Shown: positions 1 through 13,196, numbered from the stretch's first letter. The stretch: DNA of 64,000 nt from Octopus sinensis (GCF_006345805.1 NC_043016.1:3286001-3350000), one strand, 5' to 3'. Program-made: numbers and translations. Notes: generated by a model from the sequence alone, not told the origin.

Positions 1-1028
1 CAAAATTTTCTACACATACTGTTTAGATGTGATAGGAATTTATGAAAAAGAATTTTTCCGAGGGGTGGAGAGAGGAAAATTTACACGATCTGACATTTTT
101 TCCTCATAATTTTCAGGAAGATGAGTATCTTTTAATGAAAATTTATACAAATCCCTTTCAAACGATTATAAAGAAATCTGTGGGGAAAATTTTTTCGGGG
201 ATTTTTCCCATTCTTTTTTAAGTCACAGCCTTCGAAATGATAGGGTTGGGAAGGGGACATCTTTGTATGAAAAAATTTTGTAAACTCTTTTTTTACACCC
301 CCTCCTACATCATCCCACTCTGGACCTATTTTGGCCAATTTTTTTTTGCACTTCAAAACCACAGGAAGAGCATTTTCGGTAAATTAAAAAAAAAATTTGT
401 TAATATTTTCAGAGGGAAAAGTGAGTGATTTAAGGGCGCTTTGGCTGTTGTTTCTAGCACATCCAAACACAACACTTCTCGTTTCTTTATCCCTCTCGCA
501 TGTATTGATGATTTTCAATATTTTCCCCCATAAATATATTTCTATATTATGAAAAATGAAATTTGAGAAATTATGAGTTTTTCGCAACCCCGCTTCCTAC
601 TCCTGATCGTTTCTGTTTAGAAATTAAAATATTGGAGAGCGTGAGAAGGTTATTGCTTTAGGGTGTCATTACACGTCCACACAGCGTACATTTAAAGTGT
701 TTTGTACGTAACATCTGTATTTAAGCAGTACCCGCTGTATTTAAGTTGACCTGTTCACTGACAAAACTTCATAAAAGTGATGCAGCACGAAGTTTTGTCA
801 GTGAGCACATACACACACACACACACACGCACGTACACACATACACATACACACACATTCATTGCCTTTCATTTGTGTGCATGTGTATCTATGTGTGCGC
901 GCGAGTGTGTATTGGTTTGTGTGTGTGTATGTGTGTGTGTGAGTGTGTGTGTAGCTGTGTGTGTGTGCATGCGACTGAGTCGAGATGCCGGCGTGGAAAG
1001 GAAATAGGTGTATCCCTACTTTGGAAAT

Positions 1029-1080
1029 GGCTCTCGGCTCGCCTTATACACACACACACACACACTCACACACACACACA

Positions 1081-1137
<57 letters not shown>
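1029..1137. repeat. (CA)n microsatellite, one of many CA/GT tracts (e.g. 6013-6103)
   Basis: Directly visible dinucleotide run; source of the spurious HTHT/CVCV ORFs. Confidence 0.95.
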
Positions 1138-1140
<3 letters not shown>

Positions 1141-1282
1141 TACGCACACCTACACTGCATGCTCTTGAGATATTGGAGAGGTTCACTGTACTAAAATACA
1201 TCAAGTTTTGAATTTTTCTCGACTTTTGACACACGCACACACACAATCACACCCACACCCATATACACGCGCGCGCACACAC

Positions 1283-1319
<37 letters not shown>

Positions 1320-2164
1320 CCTAGTGCTCAAATACACACTCAAGCACAAAGACGCAAATACCCGCACGCACACACATGCACACATACGGACCCCCCAGAA
1401 CACATGCCCCCCTCACACCTGTTGTTAGGGTGAATAGGTGCACGTTTTGTAGGTAACACTGTTGTCCTTTCACGCACACATTCCTTTTGTCATCACTCCT
1501 TTCAAATCTGCCAGTTTAGCCAACCATAGAGATACTCTTCCCCTTTATACTTGGCTAACTTTACTCATCTAAAATTTCATTGGTTATCGTTTCTAAAAAG
1601 ACTCTATTATTATTATTATTATCATCATCATCGTCATCATCATCATCATCATCATTATTACATTGTTGTTGTTGCTTTCACCTTTATTATTACTTTTTGT
1701 TGTTGTTTTGTTGTGCTATTTTCTTTCTTTGTCACCTTTCTCACTTTCTCTTGACAAAGGAAGTAAAAGTTTTGCTGCTGTTACTGCTACTGTTGTTGCT
1801 GTTGTTTAGTTTAGTTCAAGGTTTAGGCCCTTAAAAGTGCGACCTTATGTTCAAAAGCATTCCTGTAATAGTCATCCTGTCTTTTGTTGTTGTTGTTTAT
1901 TCACAGGAACTAGATCAGATTATCTAATGTGTGTATATTTTCTAAAATGGTGGCGTTAATCGAAGAAGATTAACCATGTGAATAAAATGATATTGCAAAA
2001 TTCCGGTTTCATTTGGATACCCCCTCCTATACTATACGCGCAAATAAAATGTGTTCTGTGCTTGCGCCCATCTGCAACTTGTACCCTGGTCGAGAGAGTT
2101 CTAAAAGTAACAGCCAAACAGGACTTAAATCGTGGAGTTTTGTTTTTACATAATCGTATGAACT

Positions 2165-3066
2165 CCAGAGTGTAGAATACAAACTTGGAATTCTTGCTAA
2201 GAGATGCCTTCTAACGCCTCCGTCGTTCTTTTCTTCACCTCGTCCACATCTGCAAAACGTTTTCTTTTAAGGACGTTTTTCATTTTGGGAACAAAAAAAT
2301 GTTGCAGGGAGCAAGATCGGGTGAATAGGGTAAACAGGATCATGCCACTTGGATGGACGGGTAAACAGGGTCATGCCACTTTTGTTCCAAAAACTGTCTC
2401 ACATTCAAGGCGGTGTGCGAAGGAGCATTTTCGTAATGAATTCGTCACTCTCCACTTTGTCACTGGTTGAGGCGTTTACGCCAACGCTTCAGAGTTTCCA
2501 AGCAAAATGTCTGGTTAACAGTTTGGCCAGCTGGAGCAAATATTGTGTGGACAATTCCTTTCACATCTGTGAAGCAAATCAGCATCGTCTTCACATTGGA
2601 CTTCACTTGACACACTTTTTGGGTGGTGAAATTGACTTGATTGCTGCTTCGTTTTCGGTTCGTAGCCGTAGTACCAGCTTTCGTTACCAGTGATGATTTT
2701 CGAAAAAAAGGTTCGGATCATCTTCCAACGGTTTTTTCATGATCTTTTGATCTTCCATGAGCAAGTAAGGCACAAATTTTGCTGCAACACTACTTTTCAT
2801 TTGCAATTCCTCGTTCAAAATTCGTTGGGAAGATCTCCAGAACACGCTAGTCACAATAAAAGGTTCCTCAATTGTTCCTGATGTTTTCATTCGTTCGGGA
2901 AGTCGACGGACGCCCTGGACAAGGTTGGTCTTCAACTAACAAGTGACAATTCCTAAAGCGTGAAAACTACTCGTAAACTTGTGTTTTGCTCCTGGCACAG
3001 AATCCTTGTAAGCTGTTTGAAATGTAAGAATTTCACGGAGGCACGCATTCCCTTCGTTTCAACCAT
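2165..3066 (-). mobile_element. Degenerate mariner transposase relic
   Basis: Frameshifted minus-strand segments AAKFVPYLL, KIITGNESWYYGYEPKTKQQS, YSPDLAPCNIFLFPKMK matching mariner WVPHEL-like, first-D and YSPDLAP motifs. Confidence 0.85.
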
Positions 3067-3181
3067 CGCAAGAATCGACTAGCAGGAGAGAAGCATTACA
3101 AAACAAAGACGCACCACGTGGCAATACGACTCCAGCGGACTAATGCCTGAGGGTCGCATCAAGTTACCTATCGTGCTAACG

Positions 3182-3567
3182 ATTCTTTTCTACTCTAGGC
3201 ACAATGCCCGAAATTTTGGGGGAGTGGGGACCAGTCGATTAGATCGACTCCAGTACGCAACTGGTATTTAATTTATCGACTCCGAAAGGAGGAAAGGCAA
3301 AGTCGACCTCGGCGGAATTTGAACTCAGAACGTAAAGACGGACGAAATACCTATTTCTTTATTACCCAGAAGGGGCTAAACACAGAGAGGACAAACAAGG
3401 ACAGACATAGATATCAAGTCGATTACATCGACATCAGTGCGTAACTGGTACTTAATTTATCGATCCCGAAAGGATGAAAGGCAAAGTCGACCTCGGCGGA
3501 ATTTGAACTTGGAACGTGGCGGCAGACGAAATATCGCTAAGCATTTCGTCCGGCCAGCTCACCGCTT
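3182..3567 (-). mobile_element. Two adjacent MetaSINE-like tRNA-derived SINE copies
   Basis: Reverse complement of the repeat at 7351, with core CTTTGCCTTTCATCCTTTCGGGGTCGATAAATTAAGTACCAG. Confidence 0.7.
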
Positions 3568-3680
3568 TATACTTGTTCGATATTAAGGTTGCTGTTTTTG
3601 TTCAGACCTACGCTGGCATGAACGAGTAGTCTTACGATCAAAGTCATGCTAACCATAACCAACCCAACTTTTCTAGGTAT

Positions 3681-5785
3681 CACTGTGCAACAAATTTCAG
3701 GTTAAAAAAAAGTACAATTTAAGTAAGACTTGTTTCTGGGTCAAAAAATTGTCCTGATTCTGATTCTGACCTTTATTTCTCCAGATTAGGCACCGTTTTC
3801 CTGTACTATGGACCATATTTTTTTATAATATACTGCATAATATTGCGTACTGAACACAACATTGCAAATACTGAAAGTTACAAAAAATAAAACAAAAAAT
3901 TTAGTTGATATAACAAAACAACATTTGTCCTTCTAAACCTCATGTGCGGAGTGTGATCTTTTGTTTTTTTATACCCCAGAAGTTGTCAGCCAACATGCCA
4001 GGGTTCCATTTTCCTTTGAATCGTCGCTCCATCACTGAAATATCCTGATGGAATCTTTCACCATGTTCATCACTCATATCACCAAGATTTTCCGCCAAAT
4101 ACCCAAATGAGAGTGAAGCACATGAACTTTTAGAGACATGTTACATCCCATATCATGATAATGACTCAGCAGATGATTCACAACTAGCACATAGTCTTCT
4201 GAATGATGGTTGCCCAGGAAGTTATCACAAACTTTCTTGAATGACTTAAAGGCCAGCTTCTCTTTTCTCTTGAGATGTGTGATGAAGGTTTCATCAAGTA
4301 CAATTTTTCGAATTTGGGGACCTATGAAGAAACCTTCTTTAATTTTAGCTTCACTCAGGGAAGGGGATTTTTCTGCAAGAAATGCAAATGCAAAGGATTC
4401 CTTGTCCAAGGCTTTCACAAATTGCTTAAACAAACCAAGTTTAATATGCAAGGGTGGTAAAAAAATTCTATCACTTTTCACAAGTGATGTGTTTTCCTTG
4501 CTCAATTTCCTCTCAGATCGGCCAATCCTTGCATACATAATGTTCAGCTCTTGCTCTGGAATTCCATAAGCAGCATAATTTAGTATAGCCAAGCTGAAGG
4601 CCAGTCACCATGGTCACAACCTTAAAATCTGCACAAATATACCTGGTATGGTCATCATACTGTTGCTTGTTAGAATTGCTTTTAGATTTTCATATGATTC
4701 TTTCATGGTTGTGCTATAAGGCAGCGTGCTACCATTGTGTAGCAGATGAACTTTGATGTTGTCCTTGGACGCATCTATGGAAAGTCGCCGGTTGGTTTTA
4801 TCGTATGGTATTTCCAGTTGCTCAAAAAGTTCAATGATGTCATTGCAAAAGCATAAGTCATCCTTCATGGTGAATAATGCAAGCAGATCCTCTGTACGTT
4901 TTCTGTACAGTGTTATCTTTACTCCTTTCTCACGTTCTTGAAGCCTTGATGCCAGAAACTCACTTTTCTCTTTGGTTAAATAGAGATCCCTGCACAAGTC
5001 ATTTAGAGCCTCTTGAGAAAATGGTATTGGTTTATTCTCGCTTCCTGGATCATTGGGCGCCATACATTCACCACTGGAATGTTCGTCAGCACTGCTGGAA
5101 CTCTGCGTTTCTTGATCTGGAGATTTAGGCACAGGTAAATTTTCTCAGTGCTCTACAGGGCGCATTGCTGATTGCAAATTTGGGTAAACAATGTGTTTCT
5201 TTTTCTTTGCTGTAGTACAGCCTGTAAAATCATGGTGACAGAAATAGCAATCATTAGAGTGATCTTTCTGCTCACGCCAAATCATTGGCATACCAAAGCA
5301 CTCAATGTCTTCATACATGTAAGGCAACACACATGAGGAGCCCATGACTTATCATGGTCTCCTAAGTAATAATCGCAATACGCCTTGTATATTTTCTTGA
5401 TATGGTGTGTAATACTGTGCTTTTCTTTAGCAAAAGTCACTTTCCCACAGATATAACAGAATCTGTTTGGATCACTTTTGCACTGTTTTGCACTCATTGT
5501 TGAAAACAAATAAGATCTGAATGATAAAAAATAACATTAAACACAAGCTTTGGATCACATTGTATGTGTTACTAAGTTTGGTCTCTAGCCCTGGGTTGAA
5601 ACCCATTTTACAATGCGGTAGAGAATTTTATATAATAATAATAATGACAAAAAGGGTATACAGTGACAATTCTGAAGAAACCAAGCCTAATTCAACAAAA
5701 AGAAGGCCAGAAATGGATTTCCCATGTCATTTTGCATATGAATATGGCCACAGATCTCTTGTACTTTTTTTAGTGTTGCACATTG
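3681..5785 (-). mobile_element. Chapaev3-like (CMC superfamily) DNA transposon, apparently full length, transposase frameshifted
   Basis: TIR CACTGTGCAACA (3681) / TGTTGCACATTG (ends 5785) with TAT on both sides as a 3-bp TSD. ORF pieces FCYICG, WREQKDHSNDCYFC, LNDLCRDL, LPPLHIKLGLFKQFVKAL, MSLKVHVLHSHL, SDEHGERFHQDI. Family assignment from recall of these motifs. Confidence 0.8.
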
Positions 5786-6007
5786 TATTATGTACTCTAG
5801 AATTCATTATCCAATTTGTCCTTCGTTTTATTTTGAATGTTAAGTGTGAATTGAAAGAAATTAAGTCGCTACCTCTAGCAGGTAAATTCCTTGTCAGTTA
5901 TTATGGTAATCCTTTGGAGCTGGTGTCACGAAACGGGAACGGAAAATCATTGGTTCGGTTATTTCTGTAAAAAAAATATTTCTTAATTTTGTTTTCGAGC
6001 TGAACAG

Positions 6008-6106
<99 letters not shown>

Positions 6107-6255
6107 TACTCATATTAATACACACACATTTTTTTATGTTTTCACGAATCGCTTGTTTATGTTTTTTATTTTTTATTTTTTGTGTGTGTATGTATAATTG
6201 TATATGTATGTTTATGTTTACATGTATATATGTTTAATGGGATCCGGACAACAGC

Positions 6256-6916
6256 CCCCCAGGACAAAAGCCCCATAGTTAAACTGTGAAAGTGGACAAA
6301 AGCCCCAAGGTTATATTTTCCGGTTATTTTTTCGTTTTTATTTTCTTTTAGTCATAATACTATGGCCATGCTGGGGCACCACTTTGAGGAATTTTTAGTC
6401 AAAAGTATCGACTCCAGAATCTTTTTTTTTAGATGATTTTTAACCAGCACATGAAGTTAAGTCTAGAAGGTCTCTCCACATGCTAGAAATAACAGCCAAT
6501 TCATTAAAAAAGATTTTTTTAAATAATTTCACGTAAACAAAAACGGAAATTGCAGTTATAAAAAGTCCAAAAGCTCATTCTCATTAATCTGAAAGTGCTG
6601 AGAGAAGAAAACAAGATTTTAAATTTTAATTTTAAAATGCTGATTTTTCTGCGACTAAAAATTCTTCAAAGCGGTGCCCCAGCATGGCCGCAGTCTATTA
6701 ACTGCAGCAACAAGTAAAAATATTTAAGAAATTCTGTTGTCGATACGTTCAACAAAAAATTCTTCAAGGCGGTGCCCCAGCATGGCCACAGTCTACTGAC
6801 TGAAACAAGTAAAAGGTAAAAAAAATAAATAAATAAATAAAAAAGAAACCGAAAAATATAACTGTGGAGCTTTTGTCCTCTTTCACACTTTAACTACGGG
6901 GCTTTTGTCCTAGGGG
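6256..6916. mobile_element. MITE-like element with ~75-bp imperfect TIRs and internal SINE fragments
   Basis: 6256-6332 is an imperfect reverse complement of 6841-6916 (repeated GGACAAAAGCCCC / GGGGCTTTTGTCC). Confidence 0.6.
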
Positions 6917-7350
6917 TCTTGTATAATGTACGTATAGGTCTGTTTGTAGGCTGGGAAAAAATTACAGAAATAAAATCTTTTACGGAAATTGGCGAACAAA
7001 TAGATGAAAGAGAACCATTTTCATTTTCACTTTCGTAATATTATCTCTGAAGGATCGCCGATATTATTGTTGCTGCTGTGGTTGTTTAACCCTGAGTCAA
7101 CCTCAATTGAGCGGTACTGTCATCAACGGCGTTTCAGCCACGACCGTCCTGCCTTTTTATTTATTACTTTTTGTTTTTGGAGCATTTAGAACTATATCTT
7201 CAAACTTGTCCTCATTTAAGAGAATACAGCGATATTTGAGGAAGATTTGGTTTCTATTTCTATCTGGTCATTTGATTACGTATGTGGTCAGTTTGTTGAA
7301 TCATGAAAGATCTCAAGTTGAACAATGTCACGATTTGGTTTAGAACAATA

Positions 7351-7580
7351 AGGCGGCGAGCTGGCAGAAACGTTAGCACACCGGGCGAAATGCTTAGCGG
7401 TATTGCGTCTGTCGTTGCGTTCTGAGTTCAAATTCCGCCGAGGTCGACTTTGCCTTTCATCCTTTCGGGGTCGATAAATTAAGTACCAGTTACGCACTGG
7501 GGTCGATGTAATCGACTTAATCCGTTTGTCTGTCCTTGTTTGTCCCCTCTATGTTTAGCCCCTTGTGGGCAATAAAGAAA
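7351..7580 (+). mobile_element. MetaSINE-like tRNA-derived SINE; further copies near 7870-8255(-), 16340-16510, 23317-23520, 25541-25760, 44015-44230(-), 49683-49905, 52800-53275
   Basis: A-box-like TGGCAGAAACG, B-box GAGTTCAAATTCC, conserved central domain; many copies in the window. Confidence 0.75.
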
Positions 7581-9587
7581 CAGATTTGGTTTAGAACAAT
7601 AATCATGTCATCGTGGATTTTTAGCTGACATGTGGTTGGCTTTGAAAAAGTTCTTCCTGCCTTTTTGATGTTATAAAAATAAAATGACTTATCTACATGC
7701 ATTAACTTAAATTTAAGGTGCAAGACTTTATAAGTCGTGCTAAAAAGGTACGCCATCATGGGTGTAGAACAACCGTCAAGGGAATGTAGTTTTGTATCAA
7801 CGATCACTGTCGCACCTACAAGTACTTGATCCAATCTATTTGACTAAGATTCAATGATATTCTTTACTACTGTAAGCACAAGGCCCGAAATTTTGGAGGA
7901 AGGGGCCAGTCGATTAGGTTGACCCTAATACGCAACTGGTACTTAATTTATCGATCCCGAAAGAATGAAAGGCAAAGTCAACCTCGGCGGAATTTGAATT
8001 TAGAACATAAAGACGGACGAAATATCTATTTCTTTATTACCCACAAGGGGCCAAACACAGAGAGGACAAACAAGGACAGACAAACGGATAAAGTCGATTA
8101 CACCGACCCCAGTGCGTAACTGGTACTTAATTTATCGACCCCGAAAGGATGAAAGGCAAAGTCGACCTCGGCGGAATTTGAACTCAGAACATCACGGCAG
8201 ACGAAATACCGCTAAGCATTTCGCCCTGCGTGCTAACGTTTCTGCCAGCTCGCTGTCTTTAAGATTGTATGATATTGTTGATTGCTGGCCGCAGTAGCAG
8301 CCCAGAAAAACTTAAACAAATGCATGTTTCATTAGTTTGTGATACTAAGTCTAGATATCCCTTTGAGACAAAAAAGATATATTAGATCTCACTGAGCGCG
8401 CGCGTGTTTTTAAGCCTCCCCCCCCCCCACAGTTTGATAAATAGCGTTGGTTTGTTTAAATCCGCGTAACTTAGCGGTTCGGTAAACGATGCCAATGGAA
8501 TAATACAAGGTTTCAAAAAGATATATATATTAAAATCCGCGTGTTCGTTCACCCGTTATGCTTTTAGCTAGCAAGAGAGTAAAATGTGGAGTAAAAATGA
8601 GAGAGGAGAGGAATGTGAGCTGGGAAGTAGAGAAAGATGTATAATGAGGTCAAATGTGTCACGTGTTTAGTTGAAGGGAGAAGCAAAGAGCAAGCGGAAA
8701 AGACGATGAGAGAGAAGAGGGAGAGAGGAGCGTTAACAGCATGCTGTAGGGCGGGGAGGGAAAGGTAAAGAGAAAGAGATATGTTTAGGATACAATATTT
8801 AGCAGAGTGTGATGTTCTGGCGGTAAGGTTAAACAAAGGCAGATAGAGAGAGATGGGCAGCGAAGGCAGCTATATTAAGAGAGCGAGAGACAGACAGAGA
8901 GAGAGAGAGAGAGAGAGAGAAAAGTGAGAGAGTGGCAGATAGCATTTGTATTGTCAGAGTAGAGATACATTTACAGCAAGGAAATAAAATTAGCTTTGTT
9001 ACTGAAAATTATAGAGATGATGATGAAAGTGGTAGTTGAGGTGGTGGTGGTGGAGATGTTGATAGTGTAAATAATTTTTATTCTTCTACCAATTCGTTCA
9101 CACTTTACGTTTTATTTTGTTAGAGAAGAGGAGGCGGTGGAGTGACAAAGAGGAAGAGCGAATGTGAGAGTGAGAGAGCAGACAGCCAGCCGATGCATTA
9201 TGCTGACACTCACGTGGTTAGTGGAAGTGAGAGGTGAATAGAAGGAGAGAAATGTTAAAGACGTGAAGAGGGGAATTAAATGGTTAAAAAGTCTGTTGAG
9301 AGAGAAAAATAAAGTGCCTAGCAGAGGAAAATTTCAAAGCCTTAATATATATTATTGTGACCGGAAGTGAAATAACTTAACAAAATGAAAATAAAAATAC
9401 AAATCATCCTTTCCTCCTTAAATAGCTTCCCTTAATCTTTTTCGTAATGCAGAATTTCTACAGGTCCCACTAGTATATATATATATATAACGGGAAGCTT
9501 TATGAAAATAAACAAAAGACGAAGGCAGGTGGAAAACAAACGAACAATTGTATTAGTATGGCGCTCAGGAAATATAAATAAAACAAG

Positions 9588-9625
9588 TCTTTAACGTTTC
9601 GAGCCTACGCTCTTCAACAGAAAGA
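9588..9625 (-). ncRNA. Minimal type I hammerhead ribozyme variant (A6>U) in a PLE-like terminal repeat next to (TA)n
   Basis: Minus strand TCTTT-CTGTTGA-A-GAGC(GTAG)GCTC-GAAA-CG-T-T-AAAGA; stems I and II pair perfectly; one core substitution. Confidence 0.6.
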
Positions 9626-9858
9626 TACACAGAGAGAGAAAAACACAGAAAGAAGGAGAGAAAAAAAATGCGTGCAGTAGCTAACGAATCAACATGGCGA
9701 TCTGATTTCGGCCAGAGGTCAAAGATCAAACATGAGATGCGAGAGCGAAATAAGGGGAGATAATAGGGTTGATAAATGGGTTGAGGGACCAGCTAAAAGT
9801 GCGTGGGAGGGGTCTGGATGTGTGTATGTATAGGGTTGGTGTATGTATTAGTATGTAT

Positions 9859-9893
<35 letters not shown>

Positions 9894-10158
9894 AGAGAGT
9901 ATTAGTGCGTAAGATTGGTCTGGACATGCGTATGTATGGGGTTGGTGTATGTATTAGTATGTATTAGTATGTATTAGTACGTATTGGTATGTATAGGTAT
10001 GTGTGTGTGTGTGTGAGAGAGTATAAGTGCGTATGCGGGGTCTGGACGTGTGTATGTATAGGGTTGGTGTAAGTATTAGTATGTACTAGTATGTATTAGT
10101 ACGTATTAGTATGTATTAGTTGGTGTGTGTATTAGTATGGCACATCATATGTGATGTG

Positions 10159-10193
<35 letters not shown>

Positions 10194-10248
10194 ATATATG
10201 TATATATATGTATATATAATGTATATATATATGTATACACACACACAT

Positions 10249-10307
<59 letters not shown>

Positions 10308-10516
10308 TGTGAAATAGAAAGATGAATAATTTTGTAGTAGATTAATCAAAAGTTTAACCGATACCTTAGTAGCAAAAATCACAGCAGTAAACAGCACGGT
10401 TGGAGGTACAAACATCTGGCGTTGCAACCGTGCGTTGGTGCGGATAATTGAAATTAAAACATTATTGGTGAATTGAAGAAATGGAGCTGAACGCAGATTG
10501 AACAGAAATCGTTTTA

Positions 10517-10605
10517 TTTCATTCTACACGTGTTTCGAAAGGCACAAATTACCAAAATCCGATTGAATAATGGGACCATATTGTGTCTTTCTCTTCAGGA
10601 AGAAA
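10517..10605 (-). ncRNA. Type I hammerhead ribozyme (mirror of 13052-13140)
   Basis: Reverse complement of the + strand HHR in the other arm. Confidence 0.85.
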
Positions 10606-11818
10606 AAAGGAAATCCGCTGGAAAAACAAAAACAGAACAGAGGCTGAGCAAAAACAAATCGAACTATGCTCCTAAGAGCCCATGGCGAAACTGTTTATCA
10701 GTGTATGTTGAGAACCGGTGGCTGAAGAATTCAACGGGTCAGGCTTCGGTCAATCATGTGGGTGAGGGTGTATAAATGTTCTTTGTGACCGAGCATAAAG
10801 TTCTGACTATTAAGGAATATTGGATGTTTTATAAGGGGCGAGAAAAAATCTACTTAGAGACGTGTGTGTGTGTATACTGTTCTATATATGTGTGTGTTGG
10901 CGTAGGGGTAGAAAACATTTTTTGTGTACGTGTGTGCGTTGATCGTTCGGCTGTCAGTGGCTACTGCCGTGATAACCGTTGGGTGGCAGAAAGAAAAAAA
11001 AAAATATATATTATGTTTTATGTGTGTGTGTGTTCATCTAAGCCTGCCTTGTCAAGGAAACCCCCCGCTGTGAAAAAACCAAGCCCCGTTTGTCTTACAG
11101 GAGTAATCCCCTTGCAGTGGTTAATCGTAGATATCTTAAAGGCTATTTCAGAATTTGTTACCAAGGGCTATGGGTGCCGGTATTATTTATAAACGCTATT
11201 TAAAAGCCAGATAAGTGTAACGCCGCCAATGGGGGCATCGAAAAGCCGACTGAGAGCCCGTTTACCATCCGGCCTCTGGCAAACAAAATATGGAAGAGTT
11301 CGGAGACACAAAGGTTGCACTGTCTTCTGCCCCTATCAAATGGGAGGGCCACCGACAAAATTGACCATTCCAGCCTATAGCTTAAGTTCGTATCCTTCAG
11401 TCGCCATATTAGCTTACTGAGTCCCGTGGTCTGGCGCTTGTTCACGTCCCGAAAAGTTGCGTAATGGTTGGAGACACGCAAAGACAATCTTGAGGATGAT
11501 GCCCCTACATAAGTGAAGACATCTGAGTCCGTGTAAACCTTGCATTGGTAGACGGCGTTTTTGATCTTGGAGTTCGCCGACGTGAATCTTAATCTCCAAC
11601 ACTAAAAACCTCGCCCAGATAATCGCCTCCCATAATAATAGGCTTCCTACTAAGACCCTATCACCTTTTTCCGGAGGCACAGCCTCTTCCGCTCCCGGTT
11701 TAATGCTCAGTAGGAATAATTATAGTAGTAATAATGATATGAGAGCCAGTACAGTGACACATAATCTCAGCTCCAGCCAGGGAGTACCACTAGGGGTATA
11801 GTTATAAATAGGGGTGTT

Positions 11819-12460
11819 GTGGTTGACGGTAACAATGGGAGTAGGGTAGAGAGCCCCAATAGCATCCCCAGCAACATTTCCCGCAATAGCAGCACCACGG
11901 GCAGTAGCAATGACAGCACTCTGATAGATAGTGGAGAATCAGGGGTTATTCCTATAGTTAATAGTGACGTAGTGGAAAATAGAGTAGTAAGCGGCTGCAG
12001 GTCTCGGAACGAATATAGTGACAGGAACGCAGTTCTAATTTCAGAAACTAATCCTAGCAGATTAAGATTCACGTCGGCGAACTCCAAGATCAAAAACGCC
12101 GTCTACCAATGCAAGGTTTACACGGACTCAGATGTCTTCACTTATGTAGGGGCATCATCCTCAAGATTGTCTTTGCGTGTCTCCAACCATTACGCAACTT
12201 TTCGGGACGTGAACAAGCGCCAGACCACGGGACTCAGTAAGCTAATATGGCGACTGAAGGATACGAACTTAAGCTATAGGCTGGAATGGTCAATTTTGTC
12301 GGTGGCCCTCCCATTTGATAGGGGCAGAAAACAGTGCAACCTTTGTGTCTCCGAACTCTTCCATATTTTGTTTGCCAGAGGCCGGATGGTAAACGGGCTC
12401 TTACAGTCGGCTTTTCGATGCCCCCATTGGCGGCGTTACACTTATCTGGCTTTTAAATAG
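11819..12460 (+). CDS. PLE GIY-YIG endonuclease domain preceded by an N/S-rich linker (5'-truncated PLE ORF)
   Basis: NAVYQC..TYVG..LRVSNH..GLSKLIWRLK..W.IL..CNLCVSEL..VN..CPH; the spacer upstream encodes NLAQIIASHNNRL, resembling the post-RT linker of PLEs. Confidence 0.85.
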   Translation: MVDGNNGSRVESPNSIPSNISRNSSTTGSSNDSTLIDSGESGVIPIVNSDVVENRVVSGCRSRNEYSDRNAVLISETNPSRLRFTSANSKIKNAVYQCKVYTDSDVFTYVGASSSRLSLRVSNHYATFRDVNKRQTTGLSKLIWRLKDTNLSYRLEWSILSVALPFDRGRKQCNLCVSELFHILFARGRMVNGLLQSAFRCPHWRRYTYLAFK

Positions 12461-13051
12461 CGTTTATAAATAATACCGGCACCCATAGCCCTTGGTAACA
12501 AATTCTGAAATAGCCTTTAAGATATCTACGATTAACCACTGCAAGGGGAATTACTCCTGTAAGACAAACGGGGCTTGGTTTTTTCACAGCGGGGGGTTTC
12601 CTTGACAAGGCAGGCTTAGATGAACACACACACACATAAAACATAATATATATATTTTTTTCTTTCTGCCACCCAACGGTTATCACGGCAGTAGCCACTG
12701 ACAGCCGAACGATCAAACGCACACACGTACACAAAAAATGTTTTCTACCCCTACGCCAACACACACATATATAGAACAGTATACACACACACACGTCTCT
12801 AAGTAGATTTTTTCTCGCCCCTTATAAAACATCCAATATTCCTTAAATAGTCAGAACTTTATGCTCGGTCACAAAGAACATCTATACACCCTCATCCACA
12901 TGATTGACCGAAGCCTGACCCGTTGAATTCTTCAGCCACCGGTTCTCAACATACACTGATAAACAGTTTCGCCATGGGCTCTTAGGAGCATAGTTCGATT
13001 TGTTTTTGCTCAGCCTCTGTTCTGTTTTTGTTTTTCCAGCGGATTTCCTTT

Positions 13052-13140
13052 TTTCTTCCTGAAGAGAAAGACACAATATGGTCCCATTATTCAATCGGAT
13101 TTTGGTAATTTGTGCCTTTCGAAACACGTGTAGAATGAAA
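13052..13140 (+). ncRNA. Type I hammerhead ribozyme, canonical core
   Basis: Stem I TTTCTTC/GAA(T)GAAA; core CTGAAGA 13059-13065; stem II GAAAGACACAA/TTGTGCCTTTC; GAAA; palindromic stem III ACACGTGT; GUA cleavage after 13132. Confidence 0.85.
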
Positions 13141-13196
13141 TAAAACGATTTCTGTTCAATCTGCGTTCAGCTCCATTTCTTCAATTCACCAATAAT

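Noticed and set aside
746-1211. His/Thr, Cys/Val, poly-I/L/N/Y ORFs here and throughout the ORF track
   Set aside because: Translations of CA, TA and TAA microsatellites.
10530-11192. ORFs of 81 and 138 aa duplicated on opposite strands
   Set aside because: Antisense frames of the PLE 3' UTR, duplicated only by the inverted repeat.
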